A stretch of 39,501 bases of DNA from Tannerella sp. GTDB lineage: Bacteria; Bacteroidota; Bacteroidia; Bacteroidales; Tannerellaceae. The notes beneath the pieces were generated by a model. The model searched no databases and had not been told where the DNA came from. It saw nothing but the letters and a program-made list of their open reading frames with translations. The position numbers and the translations under genes are program-made. This document shows positions 1 through 8,189 of the stretch, one piece after another (the stretch's first letter is position 1; every line of letters starts with the position of its first letter). The stretch lies in the NCBI GenBank assembly GCA_031278765.1, contig JAITJX010000097.1, positions 1 to 39,501 of the forward strand. The letters run 5' to 3'.

Positions 1-192
1 CCCCCCCCAATTATTTGGCCGTAAGAATATAAAAACACGGATGTCCGTAAGAACTTTGCAAACTTACGGATTCTCGCGTACATATATTATATATACATGT
101 CCGTCAAAAAAAAAAAAAAAAGAACGCAATAAAATAATAATAAAAAATAATAATAAAACGAATCTATGTTTCATATTTTAAACTTTCAAGCA

Positions 193-1620
193 ATGAGAAA
201 AATAACTTTGTTTATAGCCGTTATCCTTTGCTGCGCGGCATGTAACAATGAAATCGAAGTCCCTGTGGAACCCGAAGAAACGGGGCAGCAGCTGGAACTC
301 TTCGTGCCCGATGCTGCCGAAGTCAACGTCTACAGCGCCGCTACCGTGAGCGAATGTATGATTGATTCGATGTGGGTGTGCGTGTTCGACAATACCCGGA
401 AAAAAAGATTTGTAGAGAAAATCAAAGGCGACCAAATTATGCACAACGGTCAGGCGAGGCAACTGCTGCCCCAGTTAAAGCAGAAAATAAATAACGGCGA
501 TATCGTCGTCTGCATTGCGAACGCGAACGTGCTCGATACTGTAAACATAACCCCCGACAACATTAATTCTAAAATTTCCGCGAAACGTTTGGCTTATTTA
601 GGAGGCAATTCTTTACCCATGTACGGCGAAATCGAGAGCTGGTCTTCTGCCGGCGCGTACACCTGCCGGATGACGCGCGCGGTGGCCAAAATTCAGGTAC
701 AGTTGGGAGCATCCTTTGAAGCTCTCGATATCTTTCCCGACCTTAATCCTTTCAATGAGAAGCAGGCGCTTTGGCGTATTGCCAATACACCGCAATACGT
801 TTATATTCAACCGAAATCAACTCCTGCCGGAAGGCCGTCAGCGTCTGGAACCATTTTCTATAATCCTACAGACCAGTCTAATCTTTCTTCAGTCTTTCTG
901 CAAAGAGAAGGTGCGACAGCAATATTGACAACCGTTTATGTCTATGAAATGCAATCCAGCATTCATAAAGTAAACGATACGATTAACCCCATCGACAAGA
1001 CAAAATTCGACGCCGCCCGTCCGTGCATCATTGTATCTTACTATCCCGGAGGATCAAACCGTAATAATAGATTTTACCGGCTGGATTTTTATGATCATGC
1101 CAAGAAAGAATATATAGATATACTGCGGAATCATCACTATCTGTTCACAATAAACAGGGTCGGCAGCGAAGGATATGGAGGATATGAAAACTATGGTAGC
1201 ATGGAAGAGGTTTTAAACAACCCTCCCAGTAACATTGAATATACGGTATACGTCAACGACAATTCGCGCTCCATCACGTCCAACGGGCAATACGCGGTAG
1301 TAACGAACGTCGATACGGTGTGGCTAACGGGCGATGTGACGGATCAGACGGTCGCTACCTACCGGTATATTAATCCCACAGGAACGCCGCTGACGATACT
1401 GACGGATACCATTTATGTTCGTCCATCATATCTCAACAAACCGTCCGGCGCGACGTTGACCATCACATCGCCGCCTATGTATCCCCTGCCGATTTCGGCT
1501 ACGGGAGGAACAGCCAATCATGAGCTTAAAATAACGACTTCCGGAAACCTGGATAGCACCGTGATCCACTTCCGCTTCGGCGGCATCCACCACTATCTTC
1601 CCGTCAGAAAGCGGCCTTAG
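193..1620 (+). CDS. Type V pilus (FimA/Mfa-like, DUF4906-like) pilin-domain lipoprotein
   Basis: Lipoprotein signal MRKITLFIAVILCCAAC followed by an acidic export signal (NNEIE), so ATG 193 is preferred over the ORF-track start at 166. Motifs LPMYG, MTRAVAKIQV, YVYE, FYRLDF and ILRNHHYLFTI are typical of Bacteroidales fimbrial subunits. Confidence 0.65.
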   Translation: MRKITLFIAVILCCAACNNEIEVPVEPEETGQQLELFVPDAAEVNVYSAATVSECMIDSMWVCVFDNTRKKRFVEKIKGDQIMHNGQARQLLPQLKQKINNGDIVVCIANANVLDTVNITPDNINSKISAKRLAYLGGNSLPMYGEIESWSSAGAYTCRMTRAVAKIQVQLGASFEALDIFPDLNPFNEKQALWRIANTPQYVYIQPKSTPAGRPSASGTIFYNPTDQSNLSSVFLQREGATAILTTVYVYEMQSSIHKVNDTINPIDKTKFDAARPCIIVSYYPGGSNRNNRFYRLDFYDHAKKEYIDILRNHHYLFTINRVGSEGYGGYENYGSMEEVLNNPPSNIEYTVYVNDNSRSITSNGQYAVVTNVDTVWLTGDVTDQTVATYRYINPTGTPLTILTDTIYVRPSYLNKPSGATLTITSPPMYPLPISATGGTANHELKITTSGNLDSTVIHFRFGGIHHYLPVRKRP

Positions 1621-1657
1621 CGCCGAGCGAGGGTATATAATTTCTCTCTCCCCAACA

Positions 1658-1707
1658 GCGCAAGCGCAACTCCTGAGCGGACGTGGCGCTTGCGCCGCTT
1701 TATTTTG
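1658..1707 (+). terminator. Candidate intrinsic terminator after the pilin-like gene
   Basis: Perfect 10-bp stem GCGCAAGCGC (1658-1667) / GCGCTTGCGC (1686-1695), 18-nt loop, followed by TTTATTTT. Confidence 0.45.
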
Positions 1708-1746
1708 ATTCGCAGGTTGGGAATTTTCTTTTTCCCGCAATATTGT

Positions 1747-1777
1747 TTTGAAATTTATGATAAAGGTGTTAATTTTG
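1747..1777 (+). promoter_or_regulatory. Bacteroidetes sigma-A promoter (-33 TTTG / -7 TAATTTTG) for the GT2 / GT-C / dnaB genes
   Basis: TTTG at 1747-1750, 19-nt spacer, TAATTTTG at 1770-1777, ATG at 1801. Confidence 0.65.
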
Positions 1778-1800
1778 CAGGCATAAAATGATATATTGAG

Positions 1801-2541
1801 ATGATAAAAGGAAAGGTGATAACGGTTGTGATGCCCGCTTATAATGCGGAAAACACGCTGCAACAGACATTCGGCGAGATACCGTTTGATATTGTGGACA
1901 AAATAATACTTGTAGACGACAAGAGTTCGGACAATACGGCTGCCTTGGCAAAAGAGTTGGGTATTGATTATGTGATAGTGCATGATAACAACAAAGGTTA
2001 CGGAGGAAACCAAAAAACGTGTTACAACAAGGCTTTAGAAACCGGAGCGGATATAGTTGTCATGTTGCATCCCGATTACCAGTATACTCCTCTGCTGATA
2101 GAGTCGATATCGTATATGCTCGGAAACGGGCTGTACTCTGTTGTGATAGCATCTCGCATATTGGGGAAGGGCGCATTAAAGGGGGGAATGCCCTGTTATA
2201 AATACATTGCGAACAGGGTTTTGACTTTTATCCAAAACGTGGTGATGGGTCAGAAATTAAGCGAATATCACACCGGTTATCGCGCTTTTACGAGAGAGGT
2301 GTTGCTTGCGGTGGATTATGAGAAAAATTCCGATGATTTTGTGTTTGATAATCAAATGCTGGCGCAAATCTTTTATAAAGGGTTTGAGATAGGTGAAATA
2401 AGTTGCCCGACAAAATATTTCGACGCCGCCTCGTCCATAAATTTCAGTCGAAGTATGAAATACGGATTTGGCGTATTATGTACCGCTTTTCAATACAGGC
2501 TTCAAAAGATGAAAGTGTTCAAATTTAAAATATTTACGTGA
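1801..2541 (+). CDS. Glycosyltransferase family 2 (Dpm1/GtrB-like polyprenyl-phosphate glycosyltransferase)
   Basis: VVMPAYNAE, ILVDDKSSD, NKGYGG, HPDYQY, YHTGYRAF and FVFD motifs. Confidence 0.88.
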   Translation: MIKGKVITVVMPAYNAENTLQQTFGEIPFDIVDKIILVDDKSSDNTAALAKELGIDYVIVHDNNKGYGGNQKTCYNKALETGADIVVMLHPDYQYTPLLIESISYMLGNGLYSVVIASRILGKGALKGGMPCYKYIANRVLTFIQNVVMGQKLSEYHTGYRAFTREVLLAVDYEKNSDDFVFDNQMLAQIFYKGFEIGEISCPTKYFDAASSINFSRSMKYGFGVLCTAFQYRLQKMKVFKFKIFT

Positions 2542-2574
2542 AAATATACAACAATAAAAAATGATGAATTTATT

Positions 2575-4542
2575 ATGGGAAAAAGAGCAAAAAGAGCAGA
2601 AAGAGCAAAAGAAGGATTGTTGGAGCGTATGAATGTTTTTTTCGGAAAGCATGAAAAAATGGCGTTATACATATCGCTTGCCTGCGGCGCGATGGCAAGT
2701 ATTCTCTTGTTTGACATGAAGGTGAGCTTGAGCGGCGACGATTGCGATTATGTGATCAATGCGCAGCGGTTTATTAAAGATTTCACCTATCCGGTGGGAC
2801 GTGGCGCACTGTATCCGATGGTTATTTCTCCTTTTTTGACACTCGGTTTGCCTCTCTTGCTGTTGAAAGCGCTGTCCGGCGTTTTTATCCTGGCGTCGAT
2901 GTGGCTAATGTATAAAGCTTTTAAGGGCTTGATTCCTTCCGCAGTGCTTATGCCGGCGCTACTGGCAGTCAACGTGTGTCCCTACATTTTCTTTTATGCG
3001 TGTTATACATACAGCGAGCCGTTCTTTATGCTGATGCAGTCGCTGTTCATGTACCTGTTTTCAAAGTATTTTTTCAGGCAGGATACGGGTTATGAATACA
3101 GCATAAGGACAGACTGGCCGAAGTATGTGTTTATCGGTTTGTGTTTCCTTGCCATGGGATTGACCAGAACGGTGGGATATGCCGTTATGGGTACGGTAGC
3201 GCTGTATTTTATATTCACAAAGCAGTGGAAAAACCTGATATGTACGTTTTCGGCCTCTGTTGTTGTATACGTCGTGTATCAAGTGTTTAAAACGCTGGTT
3301 TGGCCTGAATCCGGTGCGGCATACGATATAACCAACTATATGGCGAAAAACTTCTATAATCCCGAACAGGGTCTGGAGGATATTTCGGGTTATATAGAAA
3401 GGCTTATAGTCAATTCAAATATTTATATTTCATATTTTTTGTTCAGATTTATGGGCTTCTTCTCTCCAGTGGATTCGTCGGTAACGGAAATGATTCCGCA
3501 GTTGACGGTTGTTATGTATATCCTGTATGCGTTCTGTATGGTTGCGGTCTGTCTGTTCAAAAACAAAGTGTTGTTGTATGCGGGATTATATGTTGGCGTG
3601 ATGAATTTTGTAAATTTTGTACTGCTTCAAACTATCTGGGCGCAAGACCGGCTCATCATGATATATTATCCCTATATCCTGCTGTTTCTCTTTGGCGGAT
3701 TGTTTTATATATTGAAAAACAAAGCGCTCCACCGGTTTACATGGATTTACCCTGTTGTCCTGAGCGTCGTGTTTTTGGGTACATGTATTCATTTGAAGAA
3801 AAAAGTGGGGAATAATTTTCCCGTATTACAGCAAAACATATCAGGCAACGACCTGTACGGGCTTACTCCTGACTGGGAAAATTTCATAAAGATGAGCCGC
3901 TGGGCGAATAATAATTTGCCCAAAGATGCCGTCATCGCGAGCCGCAAACCAAGTATATCGTATATTTATACCGGTCGTAATTTCTTTGGCATCTTCAATG
4001 TCCCCCAGGAAACGCTCGATAATGTGATTCAAAAATACAACAGCAAAAATCCGGATACGGTCTTTTATATGCTGGATATGTCAAAAGAGAGTATGATGAA
4101 GCTGTCTTCGTTCCTGCAATATCAAATAATGCCCAGGAACGAAAAAAGATATACCATCGAAGGCAAAGAATCCGGTCACATAGGTATTTATGCAGTCGAT
4201 AAACTGCTCGTTGATGAAGGCCTTACCGGCATGCTCGATTCGATGAATATATCTTATACTTCTGATTTCGATGGTTTCATAAAGCAATTCCGGGAAACGG
4301 ACGGGATAAATTACACGATTATCAATTCGGACGTACTGTACAATGTGCTTGTAGACAATAATGTTAAATATTTGTTATTGCCCAAGATCAGGTTATATAC
4401 GATGCAAAACACAGGCTATTATGTAAATACAGTCCACCAGTTCGTCAATTTCATAAATATAAAATACCCCCGCAGTTTCAGAATGATACACAGCATCGGA
4501 AAAGATGAAATCTGCGAACTCGTTGAGTTTATAGCGAAATAG
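2575..4542 (+). CDS. Multi-pass membrane GT-C fold glycosyltransferase (ArnT/PMT-like) with a C-terminal periplasmic domain
   Basis: About 11-12 hydrophobic segments; SGDD acidic motif in the first loop; YP, YSEP, TRTVG and DR motifs; directly downstream of a Dpm1-like GT2. Confidence 0.65.
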   Translation: MGKRAKRAERAKEGLLERMNVFFGKHEKMALYISLACGAMASILLFDMKVSLSGDDCDYVINAQRFIKDFTYPVGRGALYPMVISPFLTLGLPLLLLKALSGVFILASMWLMYKAFKGLIPSAVLMPALLAVNVCPYIFFYACYTYSEPFFMLMQSLFMYLFSKYFFRQDTGYEYSIRTDWPKYVFIGLCFLAMGLTRTVGYAVMGTVALYFIFTKQWKNLICTFSASVVVYVVYQVFKTLVWPESGAAYDITNYMAKNFYNPEQGLEDISGYIERLIVNSNIYISYFLFRFMGFFSPVDSSVTEMIPQLTVVMYILYAFCMVAVCLFKNKVLLYAGLYVGVMNFVNFVLLQTIWAQDRLIMIYYPYILLFLFGGLFYILKNKALHRFTWIYPVVLSVVFLGTCIHLKKKVGNNFPVLQQNISGNDLYGLTPDWENFIKMSRWANNNLPKDAVIASRKPSISYIYTGRNFFGIFNVPQETLDNVIQKYNSKNPDTVFYMLDMSKESMMKLSSFLQYQIMPRNEKRYTIEGKESGHIGIYAVDKLLVDEGLTGMLDSMNISYTSDFDGFIKQFRETDGINYTIINSDVLYNVLVDNNVKYLLLPKIRLYTMQNTGYYVNTVHQFVNFINIKYPRSFRMIHSIGKDEICELVEFIAK

Positions 4543-4574
4543 GCTTTTATTCAAAATATATTCAATAAAAAAAC

Positions 4575-6086
4575 ATGGCAATAAGAAAAGCAAAAACATA
4601 TCCAAAAGAGGTTGAAACCATCGTCATTTCCGAAACGGGCAAATTGCAACCTCAGGCGCCGGAGCTTGAAAAAGTTGTATTGGGCGCACTGATGCTGGAA
4701 AAAGACGCCTATTCGGAAATAAGCGAAATACTGAAACCCGAATGTTTCTACGATAAACGACACGAACTGATTTTTAAAGCCATAGTAGATTTGGCGTTTA
4801 ACGTACGGCCGATAGACATGCTGACCGTAACCGAACAGTTGAAAAAAAACGGAGCGCTTCAGGATATTGGCGGCATGTCTTATATTTCGGAATTGACTGC
4901 CAACGTAGCAAGTACGGTCCATCTTGAATTTCATGCAAAAATCATAGCGCAGAAATACATTGCACGCAAATTGATACATTTTACGGGACTAATCCAAGGA
5001 CAGGCTTTTGATGAAACCATCGACATTGAAGATCTGATGCAGGAAGCCGAAGCGCAACTCTTTGAAATCTCGCAACAAAACATAAAAAAAGAAGCGTTGC
5101 AAATCAATCCTGTCATAAAAGAAGCGCTCAACGCCCTGCAAAAAGCCGCACAGCGCAAAGAAGGACTTAGCGGACTGCGCAGCGGATTTATCGAACTCGA
5201 CAGAATAACTTCTGGCTGGCAAAACTCCGACCTCATAATCATTGCCGCACGCCCCTCGATGGGAAAAACGGCCTTCGTTCTTTCCATGGCAAAAAACATG
5301 GCTGTAAATTTCAAAATTCCGGTAGCGCTGTTTTCGCTGGAAATGAGCAATGTCCAACTCGTAAACCGCCTGATTACAAATGTCTGTGAAATACAGGGCG
5401 ACAAGATAAAAAGCGGACGGCTGGAACAATATGAATGGAAACAGTTAGACGTTAAACTGAACGAACTCTACGATGTGCCGATATATGTCGATGATACCCC
5501 AAGTTTGTCCATCTTTGAATTACGCACAAAAGCGCGCCGCCTGGTACGCGAACACAAAATAAAATGTATTATCATCGACTACCTGCAACTGATGAATGCC
5601 AGCGGAATGTCATTCGGCAGCCGTGAACAGGAAGTGAGCATCATCTCCCGTTCCCTGAAAGGATTGGCAAAGGAATTGAATATCCCCGTTATCGCGCTTT
5701 CGCAATTGAACCGCGGGGTAGAAGCACGTTCCGGTGCAGAAGGAAAACGCCCGCAACTTTCCGACCTGCGCGAATCGGGTGCCATCGAACAGGATGCCGA
5801 TGTGGTATGCTTTATACACAGACCCGAATATTACGGTATCAGAGAAACATCCGACGGGAAAGACCTGACCGGACTGGCGGAAATTATTGTGGCAAAACAC
5901 CGTAACGGAGCAACCGGCGACTTGTGGTTAGCGTTCAAACACAATTTTGTCAGGTTTGAAAATTGTAGCGGAAACGACAGTAACCGCGAATACACATCCA
6001 TGATTAATTCGGATAATAATGAAAACCTTAGAATAATCCCGAACAACGAAGAATTTATTATGCAACGAGAACCTACGCCTTTCTAA
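4575..6086 (+). CDS. dnaB: Replicative DNA helicase DnaB
   Basis: Walker A AARPSMGKT, FSLEMS, IIIDYLQL, LSQLNR, SDLRESGAIEQDAD, KHRNG; no intein. Confidence 0.98.
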   Translation: MAIRKAKTYPKEVETIVISETGKLQPQAPELEKVVLGALMLEKDAYSEISEILKPECFYDKRHELIFKAIVDLAFNVRPIDMLTVTEQLKKNGALQDIGGMSYISELTANVASTVHLEFHAKIIAQKYIARKLIHFTGLIQGQAFDETIDIEDLMQEAEAQLFEISQQNIKKEALQINPVIKEALNALQKAAQRKEGLSGLRSGFIELDRITSGWQNSDLIIIAARPSMGKTAFVLSMAKNMAVNFKIPVALFSLEMSNVQLVNRLITNVCEIQGDKIKSGRLEQYEWKQLDVKLNELYDVPIYVDDTPSLSIFELRTKARRLVREHKIKCIIIDYLQLMNASGMSFGSREQEVSIISRSLKGLAKELNIPVIALSQLNRGVEARSGAEGKRPQLSDLRESGAIEQDADVVCFIHRPEYYGIRETSDGKDLTGLAEIIVAKHRNGATGDLWLAFKHNFVRFENCSGNDSNREYTSMINSDNNENLRIIPNNEEFIMQREPTPF

Positions 6087-6247
6087 TCCTTGTTTCATCT
6101 GTACAATAATATGATGTATATCCGGACGACACATGCAAAGCGCTATTCAAGACCGTTCTTCTTTTACTGTTATTCAGCCAAAAACGAACTGTCGCATAAC
6201 AAGATAAATATATAGATTATTTCCAGGGAACTCCCTTAATTTTCATT

Positions 6248-6280
6248 GGAAAGGGCGCCGATCCTCCCTTTCCTTTTTTT
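6248..6280 (+). terminator. Intrinsic terminator downstream of dnaB, between dnaB and the convergent tRNAs
   Basis: GGAAAGGG-(10 nt)-CCCTTTCC stem followed by T7. Confidence 0.7.
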
Positions 6281-6297
6281 ATACAAAATTTTCTCTG

Positions 6298-6381
6298 TGC
6301 CCGAAACAGGACTCGAACCTGCACGGTTTTTACTCCACTCGCACCTGAAACGAGCGCGTCTACCAATTCCGCCACTCGGGC
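6298..6381 (-). tRNA. tRNA-Leu(CAG)
   Basis: Minus strand GCCCGAGTGGCGGAATTGGTAGACGCG...CTCGT-TTCAGGT-GCGAG, long variable arm, GTTCGAGTC T-loop; CCA not encoded. Confidence 0.96.
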
Positions 6382-6388
6382 AATCATG

Positions 6389-6461
6389 AGCGGAAGACGG
6401 GACTCGAACCCGCGACCCTAACCTTGGCAAGGTTATGCTCTACCAACTGAGCTACTTCCGC
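6389..6461 (-). tRNA. tRNA-Gly(GCC)
   Basis: Minus strand GCGGAAGTAGCTCAGTTGGTAGAGC-A-TAACC-TTGCCAA-GGTTA...GGTTCGAGTCCC...CTTCCGCT. Confidence 0.97.
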
Positions 6462-6510
6462 CGATGAACCAACACAATAATAAATTTAATCGTTTCCTCT
6501 AAAACCGGCG

Positions 6511-6540
6511 CAAAGGTAATAAGTTTTTTTATTATCCAAA
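6511..6540 (-). promoter_or_regulatory. Promoter of the tRNA-Gly/tRNA-Leu transcript
   Basis: Minus-strand TACCTTTG (6518-6511) with TTTG (6540-6537) 18 nt upstream. Confidence 0.6.
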
Positions 6541-6694
6541 ACTTTTTGGAAATTATTTTTTTCAAAATCAAAGTTTAGACAAGAAAAATCATTTCGATTG
6601 AAAAGTTTTCAGCATCCTATATCAGGACATGACAAATAAAGGCCTCAGCTTGATAATGCAACAATTTGAATTGCACCCGAATCAGTCGTTTAAT

Positions 6695-6725
6695 TTTGTA
6701 TATTCATCTATTTATATTAACTTTG
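6695..6725 (+). promoter_or_regulatory. Promoter for the Omp85-family gene
   Basis: TTTG 6695-6698, 19-nt spacer, TAACTTTG 6718-6725; the ATG follows 4 nt later. Confidence 0.55.
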
Positions 6726-6729
6726 CAAC

Positions 6730-8145
6730 ATGAATAATAAGATAATTAAGATTCTAATGTGTATTACTTTGGCTCTTATTATTTGCGGTAATATTTCCGC
6801 TTCCGATTTTTGTATTTCCGACATTCATATTTCGGGCAATAACAAGACCAAAGAATTCATTATACTACGGGAACTTCCTTTTCGTAAAGGAGACGTTATC
6901 CAATTGAACGAACTGATACAGAAAGTTGAAATTGCAAAGGAACATCTTGATAATACATCGCTTTTCAATTATGTTTTTATAGATTATTTTCCCGACACGA
7001 CGGCGACTGGTTTTCTTGACTGTGTCCCCGTTATTGTTAATATCCGCGTTGAGGAACGCTGGTATATATGGCCCCAGGTGAGCCTCAAACTCGAAGACCG
7101 AAACCTGAGCAACTGGCTGAAAGAGCGTGATTGGAACAGAATAACGATAGGATGGGGCACCCGTATTTATAACATGTTCGGCATCAGGCATAAAATCACT
7201 GCGAGTCATTATTTCGGATATGAAAAGGGAGGGCGGATCGGATATACTAATATTGCGCTGGATAGAAAAAACACTAAACTGTTAGGATTCAATGCGATGG
7301 CGCTTTACAATAGAACGCTTAACACGCAATCTCATGATAACAAAGTTATTTATGTCAAAGATATTGATGATTTTATTGACAAAACGGTATCAGGAGGGTT
7401 GAGTTATACGTACAGGCCCGGTATTCGCGCAACTCATACAATTAATGCGAATTATTCATGGACACATATCGGCGATACGGTTCTTGAACTTAATAAAGAT
7501 TATTGGGGTACGGAAAATACTATAAATAATTCGCTTACAGCATCTTATATTTTCGATTACGAACATCGCGATTATTTTGCCTATCCGACGAAAGGTTATT
7601 TTATCGGTACGGAATTTGTAGGAGTAACTGCCGATAAAATGAGATTTTTCTTTGTTTCTCTCAATATTAAGTTGCAGTATTACAAGGAAATATTACCGCG
7701 TCTTTATTGGAGTTCCCGCTTGAATGCAACTGTTTCGTATAAAAACAAAAAAGCTTATCTTTACGATAAGTTCGTGGGTTATGAAGACAAGATATTAGTG
7801 GGATATGATTATTATGTAATTGATGGTCAGCATAATATGATTCTAAACAACGATTTGCGATATAACATAATGCCTAAAAAAATCGTAAACCTCAGTTTCA
7901 TTAATGGACTGTCGAATTTCAAAAAAATACACTTTTCACTGTATGCTAAACTGATGTACGATTTCGGTTATGTGTATAACAGTTATGTAAATCCGAGCAA
8001 TACGCTGGCTAACACATTTTTGTACGGTTACGGTACAGGTCTTGACCTTGTAACTTACTATGATATAGTGCTTAATGCCAGTTATGCTTTTAACAGGATG
8101 GGCGAAGGCGGTTTCTTCTTCGGCATCAAAGCCCCAATATTTTAA
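6730..8145 (+). CDS. Omp85 (BamA/TamA-like) outer-membrane protein with a single POTRA domain
   Basis: Signal peptide; POTRA motif ISGNNKTKEFIILREL...L.NTSLF...V.ERWY; YPTKG barrel motif; amphipathic strands; C-terminal Phe. Confidence 0.8.
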   Translation: MNNKIIKILMCITLALIICGNISASDFCISDIHISGNNKTKEFIILRELPFRKGDVIQLNELIQKVEIAKEHLDNTSLFNYVFIDYFPDTTATGFLDCVPVIVNIRVEERWYIWPQVSLKLEDRNLSNWLKERDWNRITIGWGTRIYNMFGIRHKITASHYFGYEKGGRIGYTNIALDRKNTKLLGFNAMALYNRTLNTQSHDNKVIYVKDIDDFIDKTVSGGLSYTYRPGIRATHTINANYSWTHIGDTVLELNKDYWGTENTINNSLTASYIFDYEHRDYFAYPTKGYFIGTEFVGVTADKMRFFFVSLNIKLQYYKEILPRLYWSSRLNATVSYKNKKAYLYDKFVGYEDKILVGYDYYVIDGQHNMILNNDLRYNIMPKKIVNLSFINGLSNFKKIHFSLYAKLMYDFGYVYNSYVNPSNTLANTFLYGYGTGLDLVTYYDIVLNASYAFNRMGEGGFFFGIKAPIF

Positions 8146-8189
8146 AATAAACAACTTATAACAATACGAAAGCGGCGGGTGCAATTCCG

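Noticed and set aside
193-1700. Diversity-generating retroelement target (pilin plus downstream hairpin)
   Set aside because: No reverse transcriptase, template repeat or recognisable C-type lectin variable region in the window.
4575-6086. Intein in DnaB
   Set aside because: Normal length and contiguous helicase motifs.
6236-6430. 64-aa minus-strand ORF
   Set aside because: It overlaps the two tRNA genes.
6087-6480. tRNA-anchored genomic island or prophage attachment site
   Set aside because: No integrase and no duplicated tRNA 3' end were seen; the flanks are dnaB and a resident outer-membrane gene.
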